64,000 nt of DNA from an uncultured Pseudomonadota bacterium (GTDB lineage: Bacteria; Myxococcota_A; Polyangia; Fen-1088): NCBI GenBank assembly GCA_963847705.1, contig CAWKBC010000027.1, positions 576,001-640,000 on the forward strand, in the 5' to 3' direction. Positions 18,274 to 29,964 of this stretch are shown here, one piece after another (position 1 is the stretch's first letter; each line of letters opens with the position of its first letter). Under the pieces are notes generated by a model. It was not told where the DNA came from. It was given only the letters and a program-made list of their open reading frames with translations, and made no database searches. The position numbers and the translations under genes were made by a program.

Positions 18274-18462
18274 GCCCCGTTCGGACGAAACGCGCTGGCC
18301 GTTTTCGGACCTGGCGACAACTTCGTCTCGTCCCGCCCGCCCTGATGACCTGGGCCGGGGTTCGTCCTAACCGAGCGGCAATGCGATCGTGGTCGGAGAG
18401 GACGACTGCGGCAAGGTCCCTCTGCACGAACTGAATCGACGCGGTCGGCGACGACGCCCTCC

Positions 18463-19200
18463 TCAGGGCAGCCGGGTGGTCACCAGCGCCAGGGTCTGAT
18501 CGCCGAGCGGCCCCGCACCCTGCTGCTTCACCAGGCCGACACCCTTGGCGTACCAGGAGATGAGCGGTGGGCGGTGCTTCTGCGCGCGCCGGAGCCGCAG
18601 GCAGGTGAAGGTCCCGGCCGGCACCGACACCTGGTCGGTGAGGGACTCAACCTCCCATTTGGCCTCGGCCCGCTTGCTCTTCGGGTGGCCCTTGGCGTTC
18701 GGGGTGGTGTTGATGAACGCCTCCGGCCATTTGACGCCGACGGCGAGCCGTTCGGACCGCTCGTCGACCACGGTGATCGGCGGGTCGTACGACCTCTCGT
18801 CGAGCAGGTTGCCAGCGCGGTCGTCGATCTCCTCCTGCTCGAGCGCCACGCGCTTCGCCTCGCGCCCCTCCCAGCTCCAGATCGTTCCATCGAGGAGCTC
18901 CTCGCGGATCCGGTACTCGGCCACCGCGCCGTTCGACCCGGCGTAGTCGACGCCGTCGACGCTGACGACGCCCTCTCCCCGGCGGCCGTCGTCGCGGGTG
19001 ATCGCGTAGCGCCAGACCGCCCCGACCTCGAGCGGCAGGTAGCTGGCCGCCAGGGCGGCCCCTTCGTGGCCCTGGGCGACGGAGCTGCAGCCAGACGATC
19101 CCAGGATGCCGAGGCCGGCGAGGGCACAAAGCCCGACGACCATCCCGCCCGCCCTTCCACCCGTCGTTCCACCCATTTTGGCCCGAACCACAGACCACAC
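18463..19200 (-). CDS. Hypothetical lipoprotein (beta-rich, DUF3108-like)
   Basis: Lipobox SGC; YLPLEVGAVWRY, VSVPAGTF, WYAKGVGLVK; start uncertain. Confidence 0.65.
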   Translation of the reverse strand: MWSVVRAKMGGTTGGRAGGMVVGLCALAGLGILGSSGCSSVAQGHEGAALAASYLPLEVGAVWRYAITRDDGRRGEGVVSVDGVDYAGSNGAVAEYRIREELLDGTIWSWEGREAKRVALEQEEIDDRAGNLLDERSYDPPITVVDERSERLAVGVKWPEAFINTTPNAKGHPKSKRAEAKWEVESLTDQVSVPAGTFTCLRLRRAQKHRPPLISWYAKGVGLVKQQGAGPLGDQTLALVTTRLP

Positions 19201-19283
19201 GACTCTTCACAATAGTCACGGATCGGCGGACCGGGAGCGTGCTCGATCGGGGCCGCCGTTGAAGGTCATCCGCAGCGCTGGAC

Positions 19284-20336
19284 GTGGCCCGACTCGATCG
19301 GGTATCAAAGGAGGGCTTGAAGAAAGCACGCGTGCTCGTTCTCTTCGACACGGACGGCGAGCCGCCCGCGTCGCAGGATTACAAAAAGCAGGTCGAGTCG
19401 ACCGACGAGGCGGAGTTCGACGTGGCCCGCGCCCTCATCTCGAAGGGGCACGAGGTCCGGCTGTTCGGTTTTCGCGACAACCTCGATCAGCTGGTGGCCG
19501 GCCTGCGCGCCGAGCCGGTCGACGTCGTCTTCAACCTGGTCGAGCGGTTCCGCGGCCAGTCGGGGCTCGACTACACGGTGGCCGCCGTGCTGGAGATGCT
19601 GGGCCTGCCGTACACCGGGGCGTCGACCGAAGGGCTGATGCTGGCGCGCGACAAGGCGCTCACCAAGAAGGTGTTCGCTTACCAGGGGATCCGGATCCCG
19701 CACTTCATGGTCTGCAAGCAGAGGACGCCGATGCAGCGGCCGAGCGACCTGCGCTTCCCGCTGATCGTCAAGCCGCTGGACGAGGACGCCTCGGTCGGCA
19801 TCGCGCAGGCCTCGGTGGTGCGCGACGACGACGCGCTCAAGGAGCGGGTCAACTTCATTCACAAGCAATTCAAGACCGCCGCCATCGTCGAGGAGTTCAT
19901 TGCCGGCCGCGAGCTCTACATCGGCGTGTGGGGGAACGATTCGCCGGTGGCGTTGCCGCCGATCGAGATGGTCTTCGGCAGCGAGACGACGGCCGAGAAC
20001 CGGATCGCCACCTTCAAGGCCAAGTGGAGCGTTCGCTACCGTGAGGGGCGGGGGATTCAGAACGAGATCGCCCAGAACCTCTCCGCCGAGGTGCGGCAAC
20101 GATTGGCCGAGGTGGCGTTGCGCGCCTACGAGGCCGCCGGGTTGCGTGACTACGGCCGCATCGACGTCCGGCTGGCCCACGACGACGCCATCTACATCGT
20201 CGAGGCGAATCCCAATCCCTACCTGGCCGATGGCGAGGATCTCGCCTGGGCGGCCGAGGAGGGCGGGAACCTCTATCCCGATTTCATCGAAAAGATCGCC
20301 GAGATGGCGATTATCCGCGGCGTCTCGCGCGGTTGA
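19284..20336 (+). CDS. D-alanine--D-alanine ligase-like ATP-grasp protein
   Basis: LPYTGA, DKALTKK, PLIVKP, EEFIAGRE, YGRIDVR, IVEANPNP. Confidence 0.85.
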   Translation: MARLDRVSKEGLKKARVLVLFDTDGEPPASQDYKKQVESTDEAEFDVARALISKGHEVRLFGFRDNLDQLVAGLRAEPVDVVFNLVERFRGQSGLDYTVAAVLEMLGLPYTGASTEGLMLARDKALTKKVFAYQGIRIPHFMVCKQRTPMQRPSDLRFPLIVKPLDEDASVGIAQASVVRDDDALKERVNFIHKQFKTAAIVEEFIAGRELYIGVWGNDSPVALPPIEMVFGSETTAENRIATFKAKWSVRYREGRGIQNEIAQNLSAEVRQRLAEVALRAYEAAGLRDYGRIDVRLAHDDAIYIVEANPNPYLADGEDLAWAAEEGGNLYPDFIEKIAEMAIIRGVSRG

Positions 20337-20453
20337 TTGCAGAGCGCGATCTTTCGCCGCTGTGTATGATCGGGCGCAGGTCGGCCAGCGCGTGGAACGG
20401 CCGTTCGCTCGTAGCGGGATCCTCGCTCACGGCTTCGCGCAAAAGGGGTTCGC

Positions 20454-22247
20454 TTGCGGGTGCATCAACTCAGCTTCGTTCTCGCCGTTTCGCTCTGCCT
20501 CGGCGCCGGCTGCTCGTCCGGCGGCGGTTCCCCCAGCTGGATCACGCACGACATCCGCGTCGACACCGTGGGCTACACCACCGGGCACACCAAGGTGGCC
20601 ACCGTGGTCCTGCCGGCCGGCATGACGACCGTCTCCGATGACCTGGCGGAGGTCTTCGACCTGAACGGAGATCTCCAGTGGGGCTGCCAGCTGACCGGCC
20701 CCTTCACCGACCCGGCGCTGAACGTGACGTACTACTTCGCCGACTTCTCGGCGTTCGACGATCCTGGAACGTTCTATGTGAAGGTGAAGTCGCTCGCCAC
20801 CGACGCCACCGACGAGACGGCGCAGTCGGCGCCGTTTCAGATCGGGCCCGGCGTCCTGGCCGGCGCGCTCACCAGCGCGATGACCGGGCTCTACGGCCAG
20901 CGCTGCGGCACGGCGGTGAAGATCACCATGGGCGACGACACCTGGCAGCACGGCGCCTGCCACCAGCACGACGCCGATTCGCTCAAGTACCTCTCCGGCA
21001 GCGACGCGCCGTTCCCCAGCGTGGGCGGCTGGCACGACGCGGGCGACTACGGCAAGTACGTGAACAACGGCGCCTTCAGCGTGGGGATGCTGCTGGCGGC
21101 CTGGGAGCATTTCCAGCCGACGCTGGCGGCGCTGGCGCTGCCGATCCCCGAGCACGGCCAGACCGCCGACGGCGGCTCGGGGCCGCTGCCCGACTTCCTC
21201 TGGGAGGTGAAGTGGGAGCTCGACTGGCTGCTCTCCGCGCAGAACGCCAGCGGCGGCAGCGGCGGTCTCCCCGACAAGCTGACGGCGCTCGATTTCGAGG
21301 CCTACGGGACGATGCCCGACGACGACCACCAGAAGCGCTACTTCTCCGGCCTCGGGACGGCGATGACCGCCGACGTGGTGGCGGTGATGGCCAAGGCGGC
21401 GCGCCTCTACCAGGACGACGCGCCCGCGGACGCCGCCAAGTACCTGGCCGCGGCCCAGCTCGGCTACGCGTACCTGAGCGCCAACGCCGGTCCGGCCGTC
21501 GCCGCCAACGACGACCCCACCTCGGCCAGCAATGTCTTCTCGACGGGCCACTACTTCGAGACCGATCCGGACAACCGCCTCTGGGCGGCGGCCGAGCTGT
21601 GGGAGACGACCGGCGATCCGGCGGTGCTGGCCGACTTCGAGGCGCGCGCGGCGGGGCAGACGGTGGCCGCCGACTTCGACTGGTCGAACGTCGCGAACCT
21701 CGGCATCTACACCTATCTGCTGTCTCAGCGGCCGGACGCGGCGTCACGCGACGCGACGCTGGTGGCCACGCTCTCCGCCAGCCTGCTGACCGCGGCCGAT
21801 TCGCTGGTGACGACCGCCGGGACGCACGCCTTCGGCCGGGCGATCGGGGACAACTTCTACTGGGGATCGAACGGCTCGGTGGCGCGCACGGCGATCTTGC
21901 TCTGGGTCGCCAACCTGCTGGCCCCCGATCCGAAGTACCTGAACACCATCCAGATGCAGGTCGACTTCCTGCTGGGGCGGAACTCCTACGATCGCTCTCA
22001 GGTGACGATGGTCGGCTACCACCCGCCCACCGCGCCCCACCACGGGCCCTCGAGCGGCGACGGGATCTCCGACCCCTGGCCCGGCCTCCTGGTGGGCGGC
22101 GCCAACAGCACCTCGAAGAACGTCGCGCCGTCGGACACCAACTGGATCGACGTCGCCGGCGCCTACGAAGTCAACGAGATCGCCATCAACTGGATCACAC
22201 CCTTCGTCTACGCCACCGCCGCGCTCACCCCGCCGCCGGCCATGTAG
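20454..22247 (+). CDS. Glycoside hydrolase family 9 lipoprotein (endoglucanase-like, N-terminal Ig domain)
   Basis: Lipobox AGC; GGWHDAGDYGKY, WGSNG, LLGRN, NEIAINW. Confidence 0.9.
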   Translation: MRVHQLSFVLAVSLCLGAGCSSGGGSPSWITHDIRVDTVGYTTGHTKVATVVLPAGMTTVSDDLAEVFDLNGDLQWGCQLTGPFTDPALNVTYYFADFSAFDDPGTFYVKVKSLATDATDETAQSAPFQIGPGVLAGALTSAMTGLYGQRCGTAVKITMGDDTWQHGACHQHDADSLKYLSGSDAPFPSVGGWHDAGDYGKYVNNGAFSVGMLLAAWEHFQPTLAALALPIPEHGQTADGGSGPLPDFLWEVKWELDWLLSAQNASGGSGGLPDKLTALDFEAYGTMPDDDHQKRYFSGLGTAMTADVVAVMAKAARLYQDDAPADAAKYLAAAQLGYAYLSANAGPAVAANDDPTSASNVFSTGHYFETDPDNRLWAAAELWETTGDPAVLADFEARAAGQTVAADFDWSNVANLGIYTYLLSQRPDAASRDATLVATLSASLLTAADSLVTTAGTHAFGRAIGDNFYWGSNGSVARTAILLWVANLLAPDPKYLNTIQMQVDFLLGRNSYDRSQVTMVGYHPPTAPHHGPSSGDGISDPWPGLLVGGANSTSKNVAPSDTNWIDVAGAYEVNEIAINWITPFVYATAALTPPPAM

Positions 22248-22292
22248 ATTCCGGGAGTGCGGTAGAGTGCGGGCTTACCAACGGAGAACATC

Positions 22293-22805
22293 ATGCATAT
22301 GACGAAATCGTCCATTGTTCGCGCCTGCGGGGCGGTGGCTGCGCTCTTTCTGCTCGGTTGCGGGAGCAGCTCGATCGCCGGCGATCCGGCGGCGGCGTTC
22401 GCGGGCAACTGGACCTTCGGCTCCGGCTCGATCGACGCGACTTGCAACATCAGCATCCCGTCTTTCGCTCTGACGGGCGACACGCTGACCGTCACCAGGG
22501 TCGATCCCACGCACGTGGCCACGAATCTTCAGGGAAACGGCCTCACGTGCGACGTCAACTTCACGGTCACCGGTACGACCGCGACCGCGTCGACCGGACA
22601 GACCTGCACGGTCATGACCACGGTTTCTGGGGCTTCGGTGACCGCACTCATCACAGTCAGCAGCTGGTCGCTGACCGTTTCCGGCGACATGCTCACCAAC
22701 TCGATGTCAGGGACAGCGACCGCGGCAGGTGGGCTGGTCAGTTGCACCTCGGTGACCGCCGACGGGGCGGCGACCCGCGCCTCCGACGCCGGCACCGGCG
22801 GGTAG
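22293..22805 (+). CDS. Hypothetical Thr/Ser-rich lipoprotein
   Basis: GGAGA RBS; lipobox LGC; paired Cys residues; beta-rich. Confidence 0.7.
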   Translation: MHMTKSSIVRACGAVAALFLLGCGSSSIAGDPAAAFAGNWTFGSGSIDATCNISIPSFALTGDTLTVTRVDPTHVATNLQGNGLTCDVNFTVTGTTATASTGQTCTVMTTVSGASVTALITVSSWSLTVSGDMLTNSMSGTATAAGGLVSCTSVTADGAATRASDAGTGG

Positions 22806-22806
22806 A

Positions 22807-22881
22807 GCGCGTGGACGGAGCCGGGCTTTGCCCGGCGGAGTCCTTAGCGGGAGGGCTTGGGAACCCTTTGAGGGTTCCCAT
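22807..22881. repeat. Intergenic double-hairpin repeat, copy 2
   Basis: GCGCGT..GCCGGGC-TTT-GCCCGGC..GCGGGAGG..TGGGAACCCT-TTG-AGGGTTCCCA. Confidence 0.8.
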
Positions 22882-22885
22882 TTGG

Positions 22886-23281
22886 CTAGTAGATCTGGAT
22901 CTCGGGGCGCAGCACCGTGCTGAGGAGGGCCGCCCGGCTCTCCTGCGGCAGAGGCGTCAGGTCACGCAGGAGCTCGTCCAGCGCGGTCGTGTCGGTCTCG
23001 TCGAAGAGGACCGCGAACCCCTTGTAGGCGAGCGTGCGGACCACCCGTCCCGAGGCCTGGCAGGTCTTGCCGCCGGTCGCCGAGAGGACGACCGAGATCC
23101 GCTTGTCGATCGCCATCTCGAGGTTCGACTTGAAGAAGCAGCCGCCGCGCGAGATGTCCTGCAGCTCGGCCTCCACCTGGCCGTTCCGCGACTGACCCCC
23201 GAACTGACTGCCAAGGAAGAGCAGGGTCACCGGAAGCCCCAACCCGAGCCGGGGATACTGCCGCTGCTCCGACCGCCCCAT
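22886..23281 (-). CDS. PilZ domain protein
   Basis: RQYPR (RxxxR) and DISRGG (DxSxxG) c-di-GMP motifs. Confidence 0.85.
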   Translation of the reverse strand: MGRSEQRQYPRLGLGLPVTLLFLGSQFGGQSRNGQVEAELQDISRGGCFFKSNLEMAIDKRISVVLSATGGKTCQASGRVVRTLAYKGFAVLFDETDTTALDELLRDLTPLPQESRAALLSTVLRPEIQIY

Positions 23282-23330
23282 CCATGGCAGCATGCCACAA
23301 ACGGGGGGGCGTGGTATCACTCCGCGCGTC

Positions 23331-25520
23331 ATGGCCGCTGCAGTTGAGGGCGTAGCTCGAAGTCGTTCCGGCTTCGTTCCCGTCTCGCCCGATCTGGTCC
23401 CGCGTTCGCTGTTCGCGCGGCGCAAGCACTGGGCCGAGCGGTTCGGCACCGCGCCCGTCCTTCCGACGACGCGCGAGGAGATGGACGCGCTCGGCTGGGA
23501 CAGCTGCGACGTGGTCCTGGTGACCGGCGACGCCTACGTCGATCACCCGAGCTTCGGCATGGCGCTGGTGGGGCGGCTGCTCGAGGCGCACGGGTTCCGG
23601 GTCGGCATCCTGTCGCAGCCTGACTGGCGCAGCGCGGAGCCGTTCGCAGCGCTGGGGCGCCCCACCGTCATGTGGGGCGTCACCGCCGGCAACATGGACT
23701 CGATGGTCAACCGCTACACCGCCGACCGGCGGCTGCGGCACGACGACGCCTACACGCCGGGCGGCGAGGGGGGGCGCCGGCCCGATCGCGCCGTGGTCGT
23801 TTACGCGCAGCGCTGCCGGGAGGCGTTCCCCGACGTCCCCATCGTCCTCGGCGGCATCGAGGCCAGCCTGCGGCGGATCGCGCACTACGATTACTGGTCG
23901 GACAAGGTCCGGCGCTCGGTGCTGCTGGACGCCAAGGCCGACCTCCTGGTCTACGGCAACGGCGAGCGGGCCATCGTGGAGATCGCGCACCGCCTGGCCG
24001 CCGGGGAGGCCGCCGACGAGATCCGCGACCTGCGCGGCACGGCGTTCTCGCGCCCGACCGGCCCGCCCCCCGAGGGCTGGACCGAGATCGACTCGCGCGA
24101 CGTCGACACACCGGGCGCGCCGGCGCCGCGGATCGACCCCTACGCCGACACCACGGCGGGGGCTGCGTGCGAGCCAGCCGCTGCTTCGGTCGAGCCGTCG
24201 GCCGCGACGGCGGCGCCCCCGTTGGTGCCGGCGGCGGCGCTGCTGGGGCGCGCCCGCAAGGCCGATCGCGCCCACACGGTCGTTCGCCTGCCCGACGTCG
24301 ACGCGGTCACGTCCGACCCCATCCTCTACGCGCACGCCTCGCGGCTCCTGCACGTCGAGTCCAACCCGGGGAACGCGCGGGCGCTGGTGCAGCGCCACGG
24401 CGATCGCGACGTCTGGCTGAACCCGCCGCCGCTGCCGCTGTCGACGCCGGAGATGGACCGGCTCTACGAGTTCCCGTACACGCGCCGCCCGCACCCTTCC
24501 TACGGCGACGCCAAGATCCCCGCCTACGACATGATCCGTTTCTCGGTCACCATCATGCGGGGCTGCTTCGGCGGCTGCACCTTCTGCTCCATCACCGAGC
24601 ACGAGGGGCGGGTGATCCAGAACCGCTCGGAGACCTCGGTCCTGCGCGAGATCGGCGCCGTGCGCGACACGGTCCCGGGGTTCACGGGCGTCATCTCAGA
24701 CATCGGCGGTCCGACCGCCAACATGTATCGCCTGGCGTGCAAGAGCCCCGAGATCGAGTCGGCCTGCCGGCTCCCGTCCTGCGTCTATCCGACCATCTGC
24801 CCCAACTTGGGCACCGATCACACGCCGCTCATCAACCTGTACCGGAAGGTGCGCGCCGTGCCGGGGGTGAAGAAGGTGCTGGTGGCCTCCGGCGTCCGCT
24901 ACGACCTGGCGGCGACGTCACCCGAGTACGTCCGGGAGCTGGCCACCCACCACGTGGGCGGCTACCTGAAGATCGCGCCTGAGCACACCGAGGACGGGCC
25001 GCTCTCCAAGATGCTCAAGCCCGGGATCGCCAGCTTCGAGAAGTTCAAGCGTCTGTTTAACGAAGCCTCGGAAAAGGCCGGCAAGAAACAGTATCTGATC
25101 CCGTACTTCATCGCCTCTCACCCGGGGACCACCGACCGGGACATGCTGGCGCTGGCGCTCTGGCTGAAGAAGAACCGCTACCGCGCGGACCAGGTCCAGA
25201 CGTTCCTGCCGTCGCCGATGGCGACCGCGACCACGATGTATCACACGGGGCAGAACCCGCTCTCCAGGCTGCGGCGCCGCGGTGGCGAAACGGTCCCCAT
25301 TCCCAAGGGCATCAAGGTCCGCCGGCTGCACAAGGCGTTCCTGCGCTACCACGATCCCGCTGGGTGGCCGCTGCTCCGTCAGGCATTGCGCCAGATGGGC
25401 CGCGCCGACCTGATCGGCAATGGCCCGCACCAGCTGGTGCCGCTGCGCCAGCCGGTCAAGGGTGAGGCACCCAAGGCCGACCGCAAGGCGCGTCCGTTCC
25501 GGACGCAGCACACGCGCTAG
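23331..25520 (+). CDS. ygiQ: YgiQ family radical SAM protein
   Basis: [40 protein letters not shown]. Confidence 0.92.
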   Translation: MAAAVEGVARSRSGFVPVSPDLVPRSLFARRKHWAERFGTAPVLPTTREEMDALGWDSCDVVLVTGDAYVDHPSFGMALVGRLLEAHGFRVGILSQPDWRSAEPFAALGRPTVMWGVTAGNMDSMVNRYTADRRLRHDDAYTPGGEGGRRPDRAVVVYAQRCREAFPDVPIVLGGIEASLRRIAHYDYWSDKVRRSVLLDAKADLLVYGNGERAIVEIAHRLAAGEAADEIRDLRGTAFSRPTGPPPEGWTEIDSRDVDTPGAPAPRIDPYADTTAGAACEPAAASVEPSAATAAPPLVPAAALLGRARKADRAHTVVRLPDVDAVTSDPILYAHASRLLHVESNPGNARALVQRHGDRDVWLNPPPLPLSTPEMDRLYEFPYTRRPHPSYGDAKIPAYDMIRFSVTIMRGCFGGCTFCSITEHEGRVIQNRSETSVLREIGAVRDTVPGFTGVISDIGGPTANMYRLACKSPEIESACRLPSCVYPTICPNLGTDHTPLINLYRKVRAVPGVKKVLVASGVRYDLAATSPEYVRELATHHVGGYLKIAPEHTEDGPLSKMLKPGIASFEKFKRLFNEASEKAGKKQYLIPYFIASHPGTTDRDMLALALWLKKNRYRADQVQTFLPSPMATATTMYHTGQNPLSRLRRRGGETVPIPKGIKVRRLHKAFLRYHDPAGWPLLRQALRQMGRADLIGNGPHQLVPLRQPVKGEAPKADRKARPFRTQHTR

Positions 25521-25529
25521 CGGCGGTTC

Positions 25530-25730
25530 TCAGCCCGCGCTCAGGCTGACTTGCCAGCGGGCGATCTCGGGGGCGACGGCGGCGGCCTCTTCGGCGTCCG
25601 CGGCCACCAGCGCCTCGATGCGCGCCAGGATCAGGCGGGCTGCGGCGTCGGCCCCGGCGGGCCGCTCGACGACCAGGCGGCGAAGCTCATGACGAAGGCG
25701 AACCAACTCGCGCGCGGCAGCGTAATCCAT
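25530..25730 (-). CDS. Small hypothetical helical protein (66 aa)
   Basis: GAGGAG RBS before ATG 25730; fills an intergenic gap. Confidence 0.55.
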   Translation of the reverse strand: MDYAAARELVRLRHELRRLVVERPAGADAAARLILARIEALVAADAEEAAAVAPEIARWQVSLSAG

Positions 25731-25837
25731 CAGCGTGCCCTCCTCGTGTTTCCACGGTAGGGGCCGGCGCGGCGCCGTCAAATTTTCCGATCGATCAACT
25801 CCCGCGACGAGCTCCGCCGGGCGAAGCCCGGCTTCGT

Positions 25838-26959
25838 TCACGCGACGAACACGGCCACCGCGTCGGCTTCGGGCGCCAGGAGCTCGGGGTGGTAGCTGCA
25901 GCGGGCGAGGGTGAGGGTCGCCATGCCACCCGCGCGGTCCGCCGGGTCGGCGATGTGGGCATCGAGCGCCATCGGCAGGCCGCCGGGATCCTTCCAGGCG
26001 TCGGGCGCCGCCTCGAGCTCGATCCAGATCCGCCGTGGTCCGCCCGCCGCCTCCGCCTCCACCCAGTCGGTCATCCCCTTGATGTAGCGGGCCTTCGGTT
26101 CATCAGCCAGGTAGTCGCGGACGACGGTCTGGTAGGCGAGCAACACGGTCTCGGGCGCGGCCGCCTGGGCAAGCCGCTCGAGGCGCGCAGGGACGTCCAC
26201 CAGGTCAGCGATCTCCAGCCGCGGTGGCGTCGGCCCTGAGGCTGCAGCGCGGAAGGCCTCCACCGCGGCGCCCAGGCGCTCGAGGCGCGCGTTTTCGCCG
26301 GGCCAGATGCAGGCGCGCAGCCAGTTCATGTCGTCGGCGCGGCCGACGTCGAGCGGCTGAACGTCGAAGCCGTGGCGCGCCACGATGTTCGCCCCTGCCG
26401 CGACGGGAATGGGCGCGCCCGCCGGATCGCGCCAGGGCGCCGGCAGGCCCCCGGCGCAGAGGTTGAGCCCGGCGCTGCACCCCACGTCGAAGAGCGCCAG
26501 CGGACGCTTGCCGTCCGCGCACCCCGCCAGCGCCGCCGGCCAGAGCCAGGCCACGGCGCGCGAGGTCTCGTTGGTTTGAACCCGCCGGGTGGCCAGCTCG
26601 GCGTAGAGGCGCGGCGGCGCGTCGGCCAGCGCCGTCGCCAGCGCCTCCCGCGTGGCCGCCTCCGGACGGACGTCGGTCGCGCCGACCGCCTCGTAGAGCG
26701 GGTGGCGCGGGCCGGCCCGCAGCGCCTCCGCCCGCAGGGCCGCCATCAGCAGCAGCGGCCGATCATAGCCGGCGGAGAGGCGCCGCTCCCGCCAGGCGGC
26801 CTCGACCCGCGCGCGGGCCGCCTCTTCCAGGCTGCCGACGGGCTGGTCGAAGAGCTCCCCGGCGGCGGCCAGCAGGCGATCGTAGACCGGGGAACGGGCG
26901 CCGACGGCCGCCCGCCAGGCGTCCGCATCCTCGTGGAAGGCGTCGAGTCCCCGTCGCAT
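25838..26959 (-). CDS. DUF2332 family protein (SAM-dependent methyltransferase-like)
   Basis: VQTNETSR, FDVGCSAGLNL, LRACIWP, RLERL. Confidence 0.78.
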   Translation of the reverse strand: MRRGLDAFHEDADAWRAAVGARSPVYDRLLAAAGELFDQPVGSLEEAARARVEAAWRERRLSAGYDRPLLLMAALRAEALRAGPRHPLYEAVGATDVRPEAATREALATALADAPPRLYAELATRRVQTNETSRAVAWLWPAALAGCADGKRPLALFDVGCSAGLNLCAGGLPAPWRDPAGAPIPVAAGANIVARHGFDVQPLDVGRADDMNWLRACIWPGENARLERLGAAVEAFRAAASGPTPPRLEIADLVDVPARLERLAQAAAPETVLLAYQTVVRDYLADEPKARYIKGMTDWVEAEAAGGPRRIWIELEAAPDAWKDPGGLPMALDAHIADPADRAGGMATLTLARCSYHPELLAPEADAVAVFVA

Positions 26960-26978
26960 CGCCGGGGACTATATAGCT

Positions 26979-27050
26979 CGGAACCCTCGAAGGGTTCCGA
27001 ACCTCCCGCGATGGGCTCCGATGGGCGAAGCCCATCTGCGCCCGACGCGC
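26979..27050. repeat. Intergenic double-hairpin repeat, copy 3 (inverted relative to copies 1 and 2)
   Basis: Reverse complement reads GCGCGT..GATGGGC-TTC-GCCCATC..GCGGGAGG..CGGAACCCT-TCG-AGGGTTCCG. Confidence 0.75.
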
Positions 27051-27110
27051 ATGCGCCCTTGGGTCGACCGCGCAGGTCGGGCCAAAAAGCGCTAGATTCC
27101 CTGGCCCTCC

Positions 27111-28169
<1,059 letters not shown>

Positions 28170-28186
28170 CAGCGACGGTGAACGTT

Positions 28187-28208
28187 TCGATCTCGTCGAC
28201 GAGATCGA
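28187..28208. promoter_or_regulatory. Perfect 22-bp palindrome (possible operator or terminator)
   Basis: TCGATCTCGTC|GACGAGATCGA between aroG and a small ORF. Confidence 0.45.
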
Positions 28209-28264
28209 CGCATGAAAAATTGCGTTTCGATCCCGGCGTGGTTCGATGGACGCGAGGGATCACG

Positions 28265-28504
28265 ATGGACATCAGGACGATTTACCTGCCGTCGGGGGGA
28301 CTGGCGGAGACGCACGGAAACCTGGTTCGCCTGACGACGCCGTCCGACGGGGCACTGGCGGCGCTCCGACAGATCCGCAGCGCGATTCAGGCGGCGACGG
28401 TGGCCGAGGCTGAAGCGGCGATCGGGCGGCGGTTGGTCCCGGGGCTCTGGTGGCTGACCACCGGCGGCGCCAAGACCACGGCGGTTCCGGCCGTCGAGGC
28501 ATGA
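28265..28504 (+). CDS. Small hypothetical protein (79 aa)
   Basis: GAGGGA RBS before ATG 28265; fills an intergenic gap. Confidence 0.5.
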   Translation: MDIRTIYLPSGGLAETHGNLVRLTTPSDGALAALRQIRSAIQAATVAEAEAAIGRRLVPGLWWLTTGGAKTTAVPAVEA

Positions 28505-28541
28505 CCGGCGCCCGACCGCGCGCCGGGATATTCTGAGGTCG

Positions 28542-29423
<882 letters not shown>

Positions 29424-29447
29424 CCCGCTCCTTCGGGTTGACGACTC

Positions 29448-29918
29448 TCAGCCGCTGAACGCGCTCGCCGGCAGCCAGCGGATGTCGCCGAAGCCGGCGA
29501 TGAAGCGGGCTTCCTCGATGTCGAAGCGCCAGAAGGAAAAGTCGTGGAGCGCGACCGTGTCGACGGTCCGGGGCCAGCGGGCGAGATAGCGGACACGGGC
29601 GTCGGCTTCGTCATCGGCGCCCACAGGGGACGCGCGTCCCATGAGGGAGAGCCGCGCGCCCGCCTGCGGATCGGCGACGGCGGTGTGGTCGCCCACGAAG
29701 AGGCCGGCCCGCGGGTCGGCGCGGAGGTTGTGGGTGTGCGCGGCGAGGCCCGAGAGCAGCAAGAGGGGCGCGCCCCCGGCCGACAGCGCGTAAGGCGTGA
29801 GGGAGCCGTAGGGCGTCCCGGCGCGACGAACCGAGATCGTCGACAACAGGCCCACCGACTCGGTGGCCAGCAGGGCACGGGCGGCCGCGGCGGCCTTTTC
29901 GATTTTCTCCTCGGCCAA
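29448..29918 (-). CDS. Pyridoxamine 5'-phosphate oxidase-like (HugZ family) protein
   Basis: LSTIS..GTPYGS, LSGLAAHTHNL, HDFSFWR, FIAGFG. Confidence 0.8.
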   Translation of the reverse strand: MAEEKIEKAAAAARALLATESVGLLSTISVRRAGTPYGSLTPYALSAGGAPLLLLSGLAAHTHNLRADPRAGLFVGDHTAVADPQAGARLSLMGRASPVGADDEADARVRYLARWPRTVDTVALHDFSFWRFDIEEARFIAGFGDIRWLPASAFSG

Positions 29919-29964
29919 GGACCTAGTTTAGCGTCGAGCGGGGGGATCGAGATAAAACTCGACC

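Noticed and set aside
18275-18462. Possible Ada box or ncRNA upstream of ada-alkA (TTCGGAC twice)
   Set aside because: Too short and degenerate to support without comparative data
10940-27050. Double-hairpin repeats as a CRISPR array, tRNAs or simple terminators
   Set aside because: Dispersed kilobases apart, no cas genes, no cloverleaf or T-loop motifs, no U-tract, and one copy lies between divergent genes
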